Assembly: GCF_001194135.2 (NCBI RefSeq)
Contig: NC_068988.1
Span: 3,619,245 to 3,683,244, forward strand
Direction of reading: 5' to 3'
DNA: 64,000 bases
Source: Octopus bimaculoides
Taxonomy: Eukaryota
Position 1 is the stretch's first letter. Each line of letters starts with the position of its first letter. Below, piece after piece: positions 25,851 to 37,755 of this stretch. Both the position numbers and the translations under genes were made by a program. The notes below the pieces were generated by a model. It worked only from the letters and a program-made list of their open reading frames with translations. It made no database searches and was not told the DNA's origin.

Positions 25851-25891
25851 CTGATGAAGGCTGGAGGGTATATCAGCCGAAATGTTGTGTT
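25851..25891 (+). ncRNA. Minimal hammerhead ribozyme core (lacks its own 5' stem I strand)
   Basis: CTGATGA a ggctg-gagggtatat-cagcc GAAAT GTT gtgtt; perfect 5-bp stem II. Confidence 0.6.
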
Positions 25892-25970
25892 AACAACAAA
25901 CAAGATGAGGACGATCCGTCAAACGTAGATAATGTACATAATTCCTCCTCTCTTAAATATAGAACTGTAA
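25851..25970 (+). mobile_element. Inverted 5'-truncated terminal repeat with ~33-nt tail
   Basis: Begins at ctgatga directly against the 5' end of the tRNA head, in opposite orientation. Ends with cataattcctcctctcttaaatatagaactgtaa, which the direct copy lacks. Confidence 0.8.
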
Positions 25971-27716
25971 TATATAATAGAGTTTACTCAAATATAATAT
26001 AGATAAACCATATTATATGTGTGGGTGGGAATAATTGAATAGGAGCTGGAAAGAGAGAGAGAGATAAAAATAACAGTGGTTAGGTGTCTGAGAGATGCTT
26101 CAAAGTACAAGAAGAGGAAGCAAAATGAGTATGAGGATAGAAAATGAGAAAGGGTGGGTGAACAAAAGCTGCAGGAGCATAGGAAGTTGAGAGATGGTTA
26201 GAGATGAGGTAGAGGAAGAGGAGGAGGTTGTGAAAGGCGAGAAAGGGTGAAGGTATGGTTGATAGTAAATATGAGAAAGAATCCACAAATACTAATATTT
26301 CTATGGTGATTCCTATACATTAGTCAAATGTGAACACAACTGACAACGGTATATACATGAGAGGGGTGGAGGGGTTAGAGAATGTAAAGCAGCAATACAT
26401 TGGACTTGATTCAATTAATTATTTCCTCTATTTCATAAAGTAAATTAGCTTGATAAAGAACTTTAGAAATGTACAAAATAAAGTTGGCACCAGCAATAAA
26501 CAAAGGTCAGTGTTTAGTAAAAAGAAACTCTTGGCTCTGCTAACAGAGAGAAATGGATTTACAGTAGCTGCTGGTTAGTTTTGTGCCTGCATTTCCACTT
26601 GTTATTTTTATTTGCTAGAATGCCTGGAACACTTATTGTTAATGTTTGCCGATGCAAGACTCTGTCCAAAATGTTAGTCTCTACATTATATTATGTTAAA
26701 CCAGCATCTTTTCTATTTTTATTTCCAAATTGATCCATGCTACTGCAGATCATTACCAGCCAATCAATTCCAATCATTAAAAGGGCTGAGAGAAAATACG
26801 TCAGGAGAGCTTTCTGCATACTAAATAGGCATAATACACTTAGGTCTCACATAGGAGATACTGTGAGTTGTAAAACCCCAAATTAATTAAGATTAACCAT
26901 GTAATTAGTAAATAACAGCTTCCTCTTGGGGATTTTAAAATCAAAGAACAATAAGCAAGGAAAATAGATTTAATAACATCAGCTAACATACATTTTTGGG
27001 AAATAAAATTGATGTGAATAGAAGAGTGGATCTTGTCTATAAAGCCATTTCTGCCTTGCTAGGTCTCAACAGTGGAATATATTCAGTTTGGTTGGCAAAA
27101 CTATGAGATGATCAGTATACATAGAGGGAAAGTAGCAGCGCTGATTATGAATATCAATGAGAGAGCAAAGTGAAGGAACCCCAGAGTAGTAATCTTCAAA
27201 CTAAATACATGTGTATAAAAGAGTTTCACATATGTAATGCAGTGAGGTGAAAAAGTCACCCCTTTCTTTTGTAACTGTACCTGATTGCTCCCTTCTTAAA
27301 GTCGGTCTTTTTTAGGCTGTTATAGAAGAGGAATGAACCTAATGTATAACTGGTATGTATTGATTTAAATGAGAGAGCCTAGACAGGATTGTTCAACTGA
27401 TTAGATATAACAGTCAAGTCTCCTTCAAACTACACTTTACTGTCTAAAAATAAGGACAGGCAGAATATGGTAGCCCAGTGTATACTGTGCTTGAACAAGC
27501 AGATTGAAACATTAATGCCAGAAATTCTTTCATCATGGATCAGTTCAATCAAGGTCTGACATAGGGTTAAACAACAACACTGACATTTTGGTACATATTT
27601 TTTTATTTACCATATTTGGAAGAAAGAACGAGTTGAACTGTTGCAGGATTAGATTAGAATGATGAAACAGAGAAGGATAAAACTAACATCTTGTTGCCAC
27701 TTCATCCAATACTTAC

Positions 27717-27832
27717 CATTTCTGCCATTCACAACCTTCTTCAGATTAGGTTTTCATCTTTAACTTGACATCAATGCCATGCATTTTCCAAGAAAGAGAA
27801 CAAAATTTGAGTCTGAGGCATTCAAGCCTTTC
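27717..27832 (-). other. Candidate 5'UTR exon ending in ATG
   Basis: Strong acceptor ttttttcttttttttttatttgtcttcag and donor AAATG|gtaagt; stops in all frames upstream of the terminal ATG. Confidence 0.35.
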
Positions 27833-28248
27833 CTGAAGACAAATAAAAAAAAAGAAAAAAATGAATTCCAACTGGAACTGATTCATATTCATTACTAGCC
27901 AGAATCTCACTTGTTGTTGTTAATGTTTAGTCTTAGACAAACTCCAGTAAAGCGAAACTATGACCAAAGATGTTCTATTTGAGACCATCAGGTTATTTTT
28001 ATTTTATATTGTCCAGAGTGTCCTACAAATTTAAGACAATAGAATATGATATGCAGAATTTCAGCTGCTATTTCTAGCAGACTGAGCAGTACTGTAGAAA
28101 GCAATCATTAGCATTGTTAAGTCTTCATCAATGTAAACTTGGATTAATAGCACGAGAAGCTAAAAGACCCAGATGAAATAGAAACAAACACAACCAAGTG
28201 CCTGAAATATAATAATGAAAATACTTTCTAAAATAGTTGGAGAGCGTA

Positions 28249-28290
28249 ATCGATCAGATCAATCAGATCGATCAGATCAATCAGATCGAT
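28249..28290. repeat. GATC-rich 18-bp tandem repeat
   Basis: atcgatcagatcaatcag x2.3. Confidence 0.85.
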
Positions 28291-29566
28291 AGGTGATACA
28301 GAGTGTTATTGTTGTTGCAGTTGTTGTTGTTGATGGTTGGGTAGCGATGGCTATGGTAGAGGTGGAGTGCTGATGGCTATAGTGGGAGTGGTGGTAGCAG
28401 GAGTGATTATGACTGTGGTGATAGTAGCAGTGGAAGTCGTGTGATGGTCATGGTTGTAGTAAGAGTGATAATTGTGGTGGTGGTGGTTGATTTCAAGTCC
28501 CTTTTGCTGTTCGTGAAATGATTAACAAAGAGAAACTTGTTTACATTTGTCTTCAACATATGAAAAATAAATTACAATGTCTCTTATTTATTTTATACTT
28601 TTTGTTTTTCTGATTCTGTCATTAGTATGTGTCTGTGTGTGTCACACAAGATACACATAATGAGAAAAATTAATATAAGTAAAAGACACAGGTACAGCGT
28701 AATATATATTACAGTGTTAATTAGATATATCCTATAATACATTTCAAATTTTATAAGTAATGTATATGTCAATATTTCTGTCTCTCTCTCCCCGCCTCTC
28801 TCTCTGAAAAAGCAAATGAATGATTTCACTGGTAGTTCTAATCAATTTAATTTTCTTAGAATATAATTTTACAATTTTGGCTTGTAGATCTAGTAAGCTC
28901 TTTGTTAACTTTGGTGAGGAGATTTTTTTAAAGATTCCTTGTTAACTTTTCTGGAGAACTTTCTTGCATTCATTGGTGGCAGTTGTCAAACTATATATAT
29001 ATATCAGAGAGAGAGGGAGAGAGAGAGAGAATACTATTCCGTGAAGTTGAGATCAAAGCAAAAAAAGTACTCCATCTGTTGAGAGGCAAATATTATTTAA
29101 TAAACACCGTATATATTTTTGTAAGCTACTAAAACTTTCATGAGATGGAAACAACTCGGAATTTTATAACATGTTTGGTACCTTCACATAATCTTCAGGT
29201 TCTGTCCACATGGCATAACAAGATAACAGAATCAGAGAAAATACAAGAAAAGGCAACACAGTAAAATGTAAAAGGTAGGAGGTTTGGAAACACTAGAAAA
29301 TGAAAAAAAATAGGAGAGAATTAGAGCTGAAAGAACAGTGGTCTAGAGTTTGCAGTACATCAGCTCAATTCAGAGTGGGTGGTGTTTGCCATTCTGCTAA
29401 CAGGAATTTATCCATATGTTTATGTTTGTTGAAAATTTCAGATTTGGAATTCTTCAGTGTGGTGGAGTTCTTAGATCTGAAAAGGATTTGTGGCCTTTCA
29501 GCTATGCATAGCTTGCATATATATTTAATGCGCATATATATATATATATATATTTTATGTATATAT

Positions 29567-29599
29567 AAATAGTTAAATTTGCACTGTTTGCATGCCTGG

Positions 29600-29631
<32 letters not shown>

Positions 29632-30055
29632 CATATGTATATATACATATACACATACACACACACAGAACCATGGCAATTTATTTACACACTGTGTATT
29701 ACATAATATGATGTGATATCACATAGTTTTCTTAAACAGTCCTACATAGTACCTTGTGAGTCAAATATATGCAGGTGGATATAGAGTTGATAAGCATTAG
29801 CATCCAAACCAATCGATATACTTACATATATAGGGTGCGATGGGTAAATTGTCACCATTTTATATTTTTAATTTTGCATATGCGCATTGTTATACATGTA
29901 TATCAGTTGGCTTGGATCTTAATGATTAATGGGTATCCACTCCATATCTACCTGTGTATATTTGACTCACAGGGCACAATGTAGGACAGCTTAAGAAAAC
30001 TATGTGATATTACATCATATTATATAATACTTTGTGTGTAAATAAATTGTCATGG

Positions 30056-30093
<38 letters not shown>

Positions 30094-30147
30094 ATATATA
30101 TATGTAAGCCTACATACCAGGCATACAATCAGTAAATTTAACTATTT
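29567..30147. repeat. Long foldback (inverted repeat, arms ~260 bp including microsatellites)
   Basis: 29666-29799 vs reverse complement of 29927-30060 is about 116/134 identical without gaps. Outer arms aaatagttaaattt..actg.ttg.atgcctggtat also match. Confidence 0.9.
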
Positions 30148-30504
30148 CTCTATCGACTGTAACAATGACACACAGCATTAATTGATTTTCACATCTTGTT
30201 GGGTTGTCATCAGATGGGTCCTCATTATTTGACCAATACCAAAGTAACAAGCGAACAACCTGTTTATAGGCGCAATAAATCAAGTAGCTTCAGAAAAGTG
30301 GGGCAGCAAATTGGCATATTAAAATCATTTAACACTTTATTTTAATATATATATATGGATATATGTATACATACATATGTGCATAAGTATATATATATGT
30401 GTGTGTGTGTATATATATGTGTATACATATGTATGTATATGTGTACATATATATATATATATATAATCATACCCGCATATATATATAAATTTGTGTGTAT
30501 CCAA

Positions 30505-30565
<61 letters not shown>

Positions 30566-31286
30566 CTCATATATGCATTCATATCTAGATGTCATTCTAT
30601 ATGTATGTGTTCTTCACTTAAGTTATGCAAATTTAGTCAGAAAACACATACATAAAAATTGAAAGCAGAAGAAATAGTAACAAAAAAAAGAAAAAATTAA
30701 AAGCTATGCTCCCCTGACTTTCCCAGAAAGTCTTTCAAGAAGATTCTGTTAAAACCTAAGACAGTAAATCTCAGAATTTGACCGATTCCAATAGAAGTAG
30801 ATGTTTGGTGGGTACTTAGAGAAATTGATGGTCGGATGGAAAGATAATTTGATAGAGTGTAGTTATCTATCTTTATGATTTGAAGTATAGTATCATTTCT
30901 TAAACTAGAATCTACTTTTTTCCTAAAGATCCCAACAGCAAACAGAATTATTGAGGATGTTAGCAAAGCATAAATGTAATTTTGTATCAATAAGAAATGA
31001 TAATGTTTAAACTTTTTTTTATTGCTTATATCTCTCTTCTTTTCTTCATTTCCACTCCTTCAAAACAATCTACAATACTTCGATAAAATCCATCAATTTT
31101 TCTTAAGGAATATACATGCATCTGCATACACACGTGCATCTGCATACACACACGTGCATCTGCATACACAGATGTATATGCATATATATGCATATCAGTG
31201 TGTAAGTATAGATATTTTATACATATATATGCATATGTATGTATACTTATATATGCACGCACACATAAATGATATACAGATATATA

Positions 31287-31357
<71 letters not shown>

Positions 31358-32429
31358 GATTATCCATCGTCTGTTATTCATTTGATTATATATATGTATG
31401 TATATATTTATGCGTATAAAATAATATAATGTAGAGATGAATGAGATCAAAAATAGTAGAGCAAGAAACAAAGACATCAAGGCAGAAAGAATATAAGATC
31501 TTGATTAAATATTCATTGTGTGATTTTTTTTTAAAACTGCAACAAATCAGTTATATATGCATGGAAATTGGGTGTGCGTGTGTGTAATCTTCTGTGATGA
31601 TGGTGGTGGGGGTGTGCATGCAGTTATGTACACATGTATGCATACTCAGCAATATATTGATATATAAATATCTCTACATATATCTGCATATTAATGTATG
31701 TACATATATCTATGTTCACATACCCACAGACATATACAATCAAATGTGTGTGTGTGTACATATATATATATATATATGCATAAACACCATTACATGTAGA
31801 TAAACATACACATGTATATATATATAATATGCAACCATTCATAGACGCAAACTCAAATTTTGTTTGTGAGTATGTGTGTGTGTGTGTGTGTGTGTGTATT
31901 TGTGTGTGAATGTGTGTTTGTATGTGTGTGTGCATGTGGGAGTGTATGTGTGAGTGTGAATGTGTATTTGAGCATGTGTGTGTTTGTATTTGACTCTGTT
32001 GCATCACAGCGTGAAATTTCTATATTTTATGCTCCATTACAGAAATTTATATTAATCTTTCCTTTTTCTTTATTTGTTTATATTCATTCATTTATTTATT
32101 CATGTAAATGTGCAGGAATATCCAATATTATGATTTTGAATGTTTTCTCTAAATTCCCATTCCCCTAAAGTACACTTTTGCTTCCTCTGCTAACAATCTT
32201 TGATGTCTCTCATTCACTGCTATGTATATGTAAGACTTGACGAGACTTTTCAAGACACAAGAAGAGAAATAAGTGGAATATTAAGTATTTGTTGTCTCAT
32301 CATATTATCTTTCTGTTATCAGCTTTTGAATGAATGTGTAAATGTGAATATTTCCCTTCTTGTTGTTGGCTAACCTCAGCATGCTATTATTATCTAACAA
32401 ACTTAAGATACAGAGGTAAACACATTGTG

Positions 32430-32700
32430 AATATTTTTTCTTCTTCTCGTTGGCTAACCTCCATCAAACATCAGCCAGATGCTTTCCTTGTGTCCAGGGT
32501 CCAACTTACCAAGACACTCCAGTTCCCTCTGTGTTGTGCTGCATGCAAACAATGAACCAGGCTCTTGTTTCAAGTTCATTCTGTGATGTCCTCAGACCAC
32601 AAATACCTTTGATGTCCTCTTTCTCTCTTCCCTCAGCACTCCCAGCATGCTAGCTTCCAATAAACTTATGTTACACAGGCAACTCACTGGTAGAGATATG
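32430..32700 (-). mobile_element. RTE-clade LINE 3' end remnant
   Basis: Minus-strand LLEASMLGV / GKRERGHQRYLWSEDITE resembles the RTE C-terminal LMLGKIEGKRRRGRQRxRW motif; short (gaa) tail. Confidence 0.65.
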
Positions 32701-33375
32701 ACTATTTCCTTTCCCACTGTTGGGTAATCCCACCTTGTTTTTATCTTTATACTATAAACTTATGAACTGCTGCCATACCATTTGTTTGCTTATATTATGA
32801 TGGCAGCACATTGCTATATATATATATATACATATATGAATATTTCCTTTGTTGTTGTTGGGTAAAATTAGTGAGTTTGCTGTTATCCATCAAAGCTATG
32901 CTTTGGAAGCAGCTCCTGGATGGAAGTGTTTATCTATTCAATTATTTTTTATTTGTTTGATCTGTCTGAAAGAAGAGGCAACACCCTTTCCTTTAACAGC
33001 CTTCCACACTCAATGAAACTAACACAATTTTCATTTTCAAATAGCTGTCAGTCGACAACATTTTCTGTCCCTGAAGAGAAAGGTCAGACTCTATCCAGTT
33101 ATTTATCCTTTTTATGTTGAGAATACAAATTTTGCAGGAGAGACCCCCACCCCCCCAGACATAATAGTAGGACACAAAGGGTTTTAGTTTAGAGCAGTTC
33201 ATGTTTAAGGAGTGGCTGGCATGGTAATATTTCCTTGATACTTCCTGTAATTTTGTTTTGTGTTATTGTATTAGTGATTAGCATTTTATTTAAGGATATA
33301 CTCCCTATGTTCTTGTAATATAAGCTACTTAAAGTTTTAAGACTTCCTTTTGAAGGTCCCATTTTAAAGATGATG

Positions 33376-33422
<47 letters not shown>

Positions 33423-33846
33423 AAACAGCTAGGCACAATATAATACCATGAAGGAAGAATTCAATTGTCACTAAATGTGACTAAGAGTGCCAAGACACCT
33501 ACATTGCTAGAAACAGGAGTAAAATAATCCTTGTGCTGTAGGAAGAGTACAAAATGTATACACACGCTGACAGGGGAAGAAACTGCCCCATCGTCAAATT
33601 GAGAATCTCTCAGACTAGTTTCACATATTTCCACATGTTTCATCAGAAGTTTCCCAATTGGCTGGCGTCAGCTAATTCTACCAATCAGCATATATGTATA
33701 TATCCTATAGCACAAGGAGCATTTTACTCCTATTTCTAGCAATGTAGGTGTCTTGGCATGCTTGCTCACATTTAGTGATGATTGAATTTCATACATATAA
33801 ATAGAGAGATGTGTGTATATGTATGTATATATATATATATATATAT

Positions 33847-34020
33847 NNNNNNNNNNNNNNNNNNNNNNNNNNNNNNNNNNNNNNNNNNNNNNNNNNNNNN
33901 NNNNNNNNNNNNNNNNNNNNNNNNNNNNNNNNNNNNNNNNNNNNNNNNNNNNNNNNNNNNNNNNNNNNNNNNNNNNNNNNNNNNNNNNNNNNNNNNNNNN
34001 NNNNNNNNNNNNNNNNNNNN
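33847..34020. other. Assembly gap within TA microsatellite
   Basis: N run. Confidence 0.99.
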
Positions 34021-35099
34021 ATATACACACACATATGTCTATACATATGTATGTATGTATGTATACACATACATGCATGCATGTTTTTATATAAGTATAT
34101 CAAAAATTAGATTTTCATAATATTTTCTAACCTTCTGATAAAATATGTTTGGACAGTATCTATAAATCATTTGGGAATGTGTCAAATGCATTTAGAAATT
34201 GGACTGAAATGTATATATTTTCAATGTTTAGAAGATTTACCACACAAATTTAGTAAACGCATGAAATATATACATATTCTTCTTTTATATTCTTACGATG
34301 ACTTTTATAGAAGCAGTTTTCTTTCTTTAGCTGTTGTTTTTTTTTTATATTCCCATGAATTATGATACATATCCTTCTTAAAGTTTTTGGTAAAATTTTA
34401 TTGTTGTTTAGTGCCAGGTCAATTGAGATATATTGCTTCATGTTCCTCCAGTTTTTATCTTCAGCAAGTTTGCCCTCCATCCCATCACCTAAATATATCA
34501 TCTAAAATTCTTGTATGATAGCTGTGAAATAGACTACATAATTGGTCTGTTAGCTCAAACACTGTGAATTCTGTCCTTCACAGAAGCTACATGTTTTCTC
34601 TGAGTACATAATTATTCTACATGCCACATGTTACTCAATATTCAAACAATTTTACTTTCACTTGTATCGAACAGTTTGGAATCAATAATGCATTCTCTAA
34701 ACTAGTTAGAGGCCACCTATGGCCAACAGGATGCTCTGAATTGCATGGCTAATGAGAAATGACCCCAAATTATTTAGTAGTGTGGGCCACCTGATGATCA
34801 GCCATGTCTTGTGTTGCTTGCTTCATTTGCTAGAAATAATAGTCAAATCTCCTTTCACTCACACTCTATATTCTCAATCTTTTCTACTATAGACACAAAG
34901 CCTGAAAATTTGGGAAGTGGGATAATCGACTGGTATATATTTCATTGACAACGTCCCCATGAGAATGAAAGGTAAAGTTGAGCTCAGCAGAATTTGAACA
35001 CGGAACATTATGTTGTCTTAATAATGAAATGAAACAAGGGATGTTGCATTTCTAGATCTTTAAAAACGAAAGGATTGTCTCAGTTGAAATGAATATAAG

Positions 35100-35460
35100 T
35101 TTGGTTGATCAGGCTGACCTTGGAAGGATCAATGTTATCAAGAATATCTGGACTCTCAATCTCTCCAGCAACTTCAGACTATAAGCAGAATCACCATCAG
35201 CAATCAAGACAATCATCCTTTATGAATATAAAACCTGGATCCTTCCTTGGTCTCCGGCCAAGTCTTCCAAAGATTGTTACACTCAGGTGTTCTGGGTAGC
35301 CTTTATTATCATCTGGATATTGAATGTGGCTCTATAGTGACCTCTAGATTACCAATTGTTGGAATATGGCTGCATGTAGCCAAGCATATCTGTAATAGCC
35401 AGAGTTGCTGTCCAGTCAGGTCATAATCTGGAATCCAAACCATCAGAGGATAAACCATGG
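35100..35460 (+). mobile_element. RTE-like LINE post-RT remnant
   Basis: TIILYEYKTWILP...KDCYTQVFWVAF and QVIIWNPNHQR resemble LLYGCETWTL...DGCYTRMLR and LLWxPxHG of RTE ORFs; frameshifted. Confidence 0.55.
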
Positions 35461-37160
35461 ACAGCAAAAATCACAAAGTATTCCAAATTAATATCAAAAT
35501 ATTTTAGCTTCTTTATTTCTATTTTTTGAAAATTTCTATGAATATTAATTCCAGTGTTGTTTTTAAAAAACAATATTTTAGTTAACATTTAATATTCTAA
35601 GCAATTAATCAATGATTTCTTCAAATAACTTAGTTATTTTCATTCTCATGCAAGAGTTTGTTCTTCTTTTCAAAAGATTTTAATCAGTGGTTGATTTTAC
35701 TTCATTTCCATGAATATTAACTCAGCTGATTTCTTCAAACATTCATAATAACCCTAATTCTTCTAAAATCATTTCAACAATGCTTCCTGCCACTATCCAA
35801 ATACTAAGAAAGAGAAAAATACCATCTAATAAAAATTATCCAATCATAAAACATGTATATATATACATTAACACTTTACTGTGGTTTGAATTTTATTTAG
35901 AGGCTACATAAATGTGTTACAGTTTTATGGCTGATCAAGTTGTGCTTCTTAAATGTGACTATGTCTTAAGGCTTCCTAAGGGGCCCAGTTTTCTAAGACT
36001 AAAACGCTCAAGTAAATAATTAAGTAGATCGTTACCAGCAATAAATGGTGTAAAAGTGATTGCCAACAGCTTCCAGAATTCTCTCTATATTCTAGAACAT
36101 AGTATGGCAAACTCTTTTTAAGGGCATATTTGAGCAGAAATGTCTTTATCTTATGAATTAAAAAAATGAAACCATGTTTATACAAAGCCAGAGGAACATT
36201 TTGGTTTTGTTTTTAAACATTTCTGGTTGTGGATGAAAGAATTGCTTCACATTTATAAGGATAAAGAAATTAGTGTGTGTATGTGTGTTGTTTGATTCAG
36301 CATGTAGTAAAGAGTTAAAACTTTTAGGTAGGTTAACTGGGGGCAATTGTGGACTCAGCTTAAATGTGGCTCCGACCAATCTGCCTGTTTTTTCTCAACA
36401 AACAAGCAAAAGTTCTTTGTCACCCCCCCTCCTTCGAATCAATTATTTATCTAAACTATATTATGTCAATGAATGAGAACCCTACAGTCTCTGTTGTTCC
36501 ATTTATTTAAGAAGATGGAAAGATTTACTTTATAGAATATCACAGCAGAGGAAACTTTCTGATTTTACCAGATAAAATAATTTCCCATTTTTTATTCATA
36601 TAAAACTGAGTCTTCTACAAATATGACTTTTCTGCTCCATCGTTCAATAGCGAATGTTATTGTTTGCAAACCAAACATAATGGAATTCAGAAATCTTACC
36701 AGCAACATCACAGATTCAATAAAGTCACTGGATCAAATATGGCCTACAGTTTGTTGATCTCTGCTGTGGAATATTGATCTAAGAAATATGGTGTATGGAT
36801 AATAGGAAGATCATTTAATTCGCAGCTTTCCCTAGAGGTATGACCACCACCAAAGCCAAATCGGGTATAATACTGGGTAAAAGACTTTCCTGACATAGCT
36901 GCTCAACAAACTAGAAATAGCCGTCAAATCACTCTCAGAACAGCCTATTGTGTTAAGGAAGGTAAAACATAGTAGATCAAATATTTCTAGTTACAATCTG
37001 GGAATTGAAACCACAATCTCCCGATAGTGAATACAACACACCTAACCATGTGAAGACCATGGACCTTCATATAAGTTTATATAGGAATGGTTAATTTAGC
37101 AATGGTTTAGAGACAGCAGTTTAGCAATGTTACCTTTTAGTGTCTCTGATATAGCAATGT

Positions 37161-37196
<36 letters not shown>

Positions 37197-37564
37197 GGCT
37201 GTATTATAATAGAGATAGAGGGCAATATAGCAATAGCTTGTGGTGGAGACTGCAATATAAAAATGTGATTGATACAGTAATATGACAGAAGACAGCAGTA
37301 TAATAATGTTCTATGAGAGAGACCCTCCACTGTAAATAGTTTATCACAATTATTATCTATTCCCTACTCAACAATAACCATAACGATACATTATCAATTC
37401 TGTTACTGCTCGACCATCAATTGCAAATCCATCAATTCACAGCCTTGTTTATGTCACTTCTTATACTAAATTGTTACCAACATCTATATTTGACATCACA
37501 GACCATGTTATCAGTTTATACCCTATGAGAAAGGCTAAGGCAATGACATGGTAGCAGCAGCTGT

Positions 37565-37755
37565 GGGGTTGCTTGACCTACCTCAAACAATAGCCATGTA
37601 TCACTTTAAATCATATTTTACTGTCATGAAAATGAACAACATATTAGATAATGCAGTCCAATATACACCTAAAAAGATGGGATGGTCATAACTGGAATGC
37701 CATTGTTTAAAGGTATATTTGATTAGAGTTGATCTGGAGTTATAAATGACAACAT
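37565..37755 (+). mobile_element. Abundant short interspersed repeat (family F), representative copy
   Basis: ttgacct.c...aatagc...ttagataatgcagtcc...gatgggatggtcataactggaatgcc. Related fragments at ~14440, 21810, 22110, 27380, 27910, 50930 and 52230. Confidence 0.5.

Noticed and set aside
30697-30990. 97-aa minus-strand ORF with hydrophobic N-terminus
   Set aside because: No homology recognised, and an ORF of this length can arise by chance in 64 kb.
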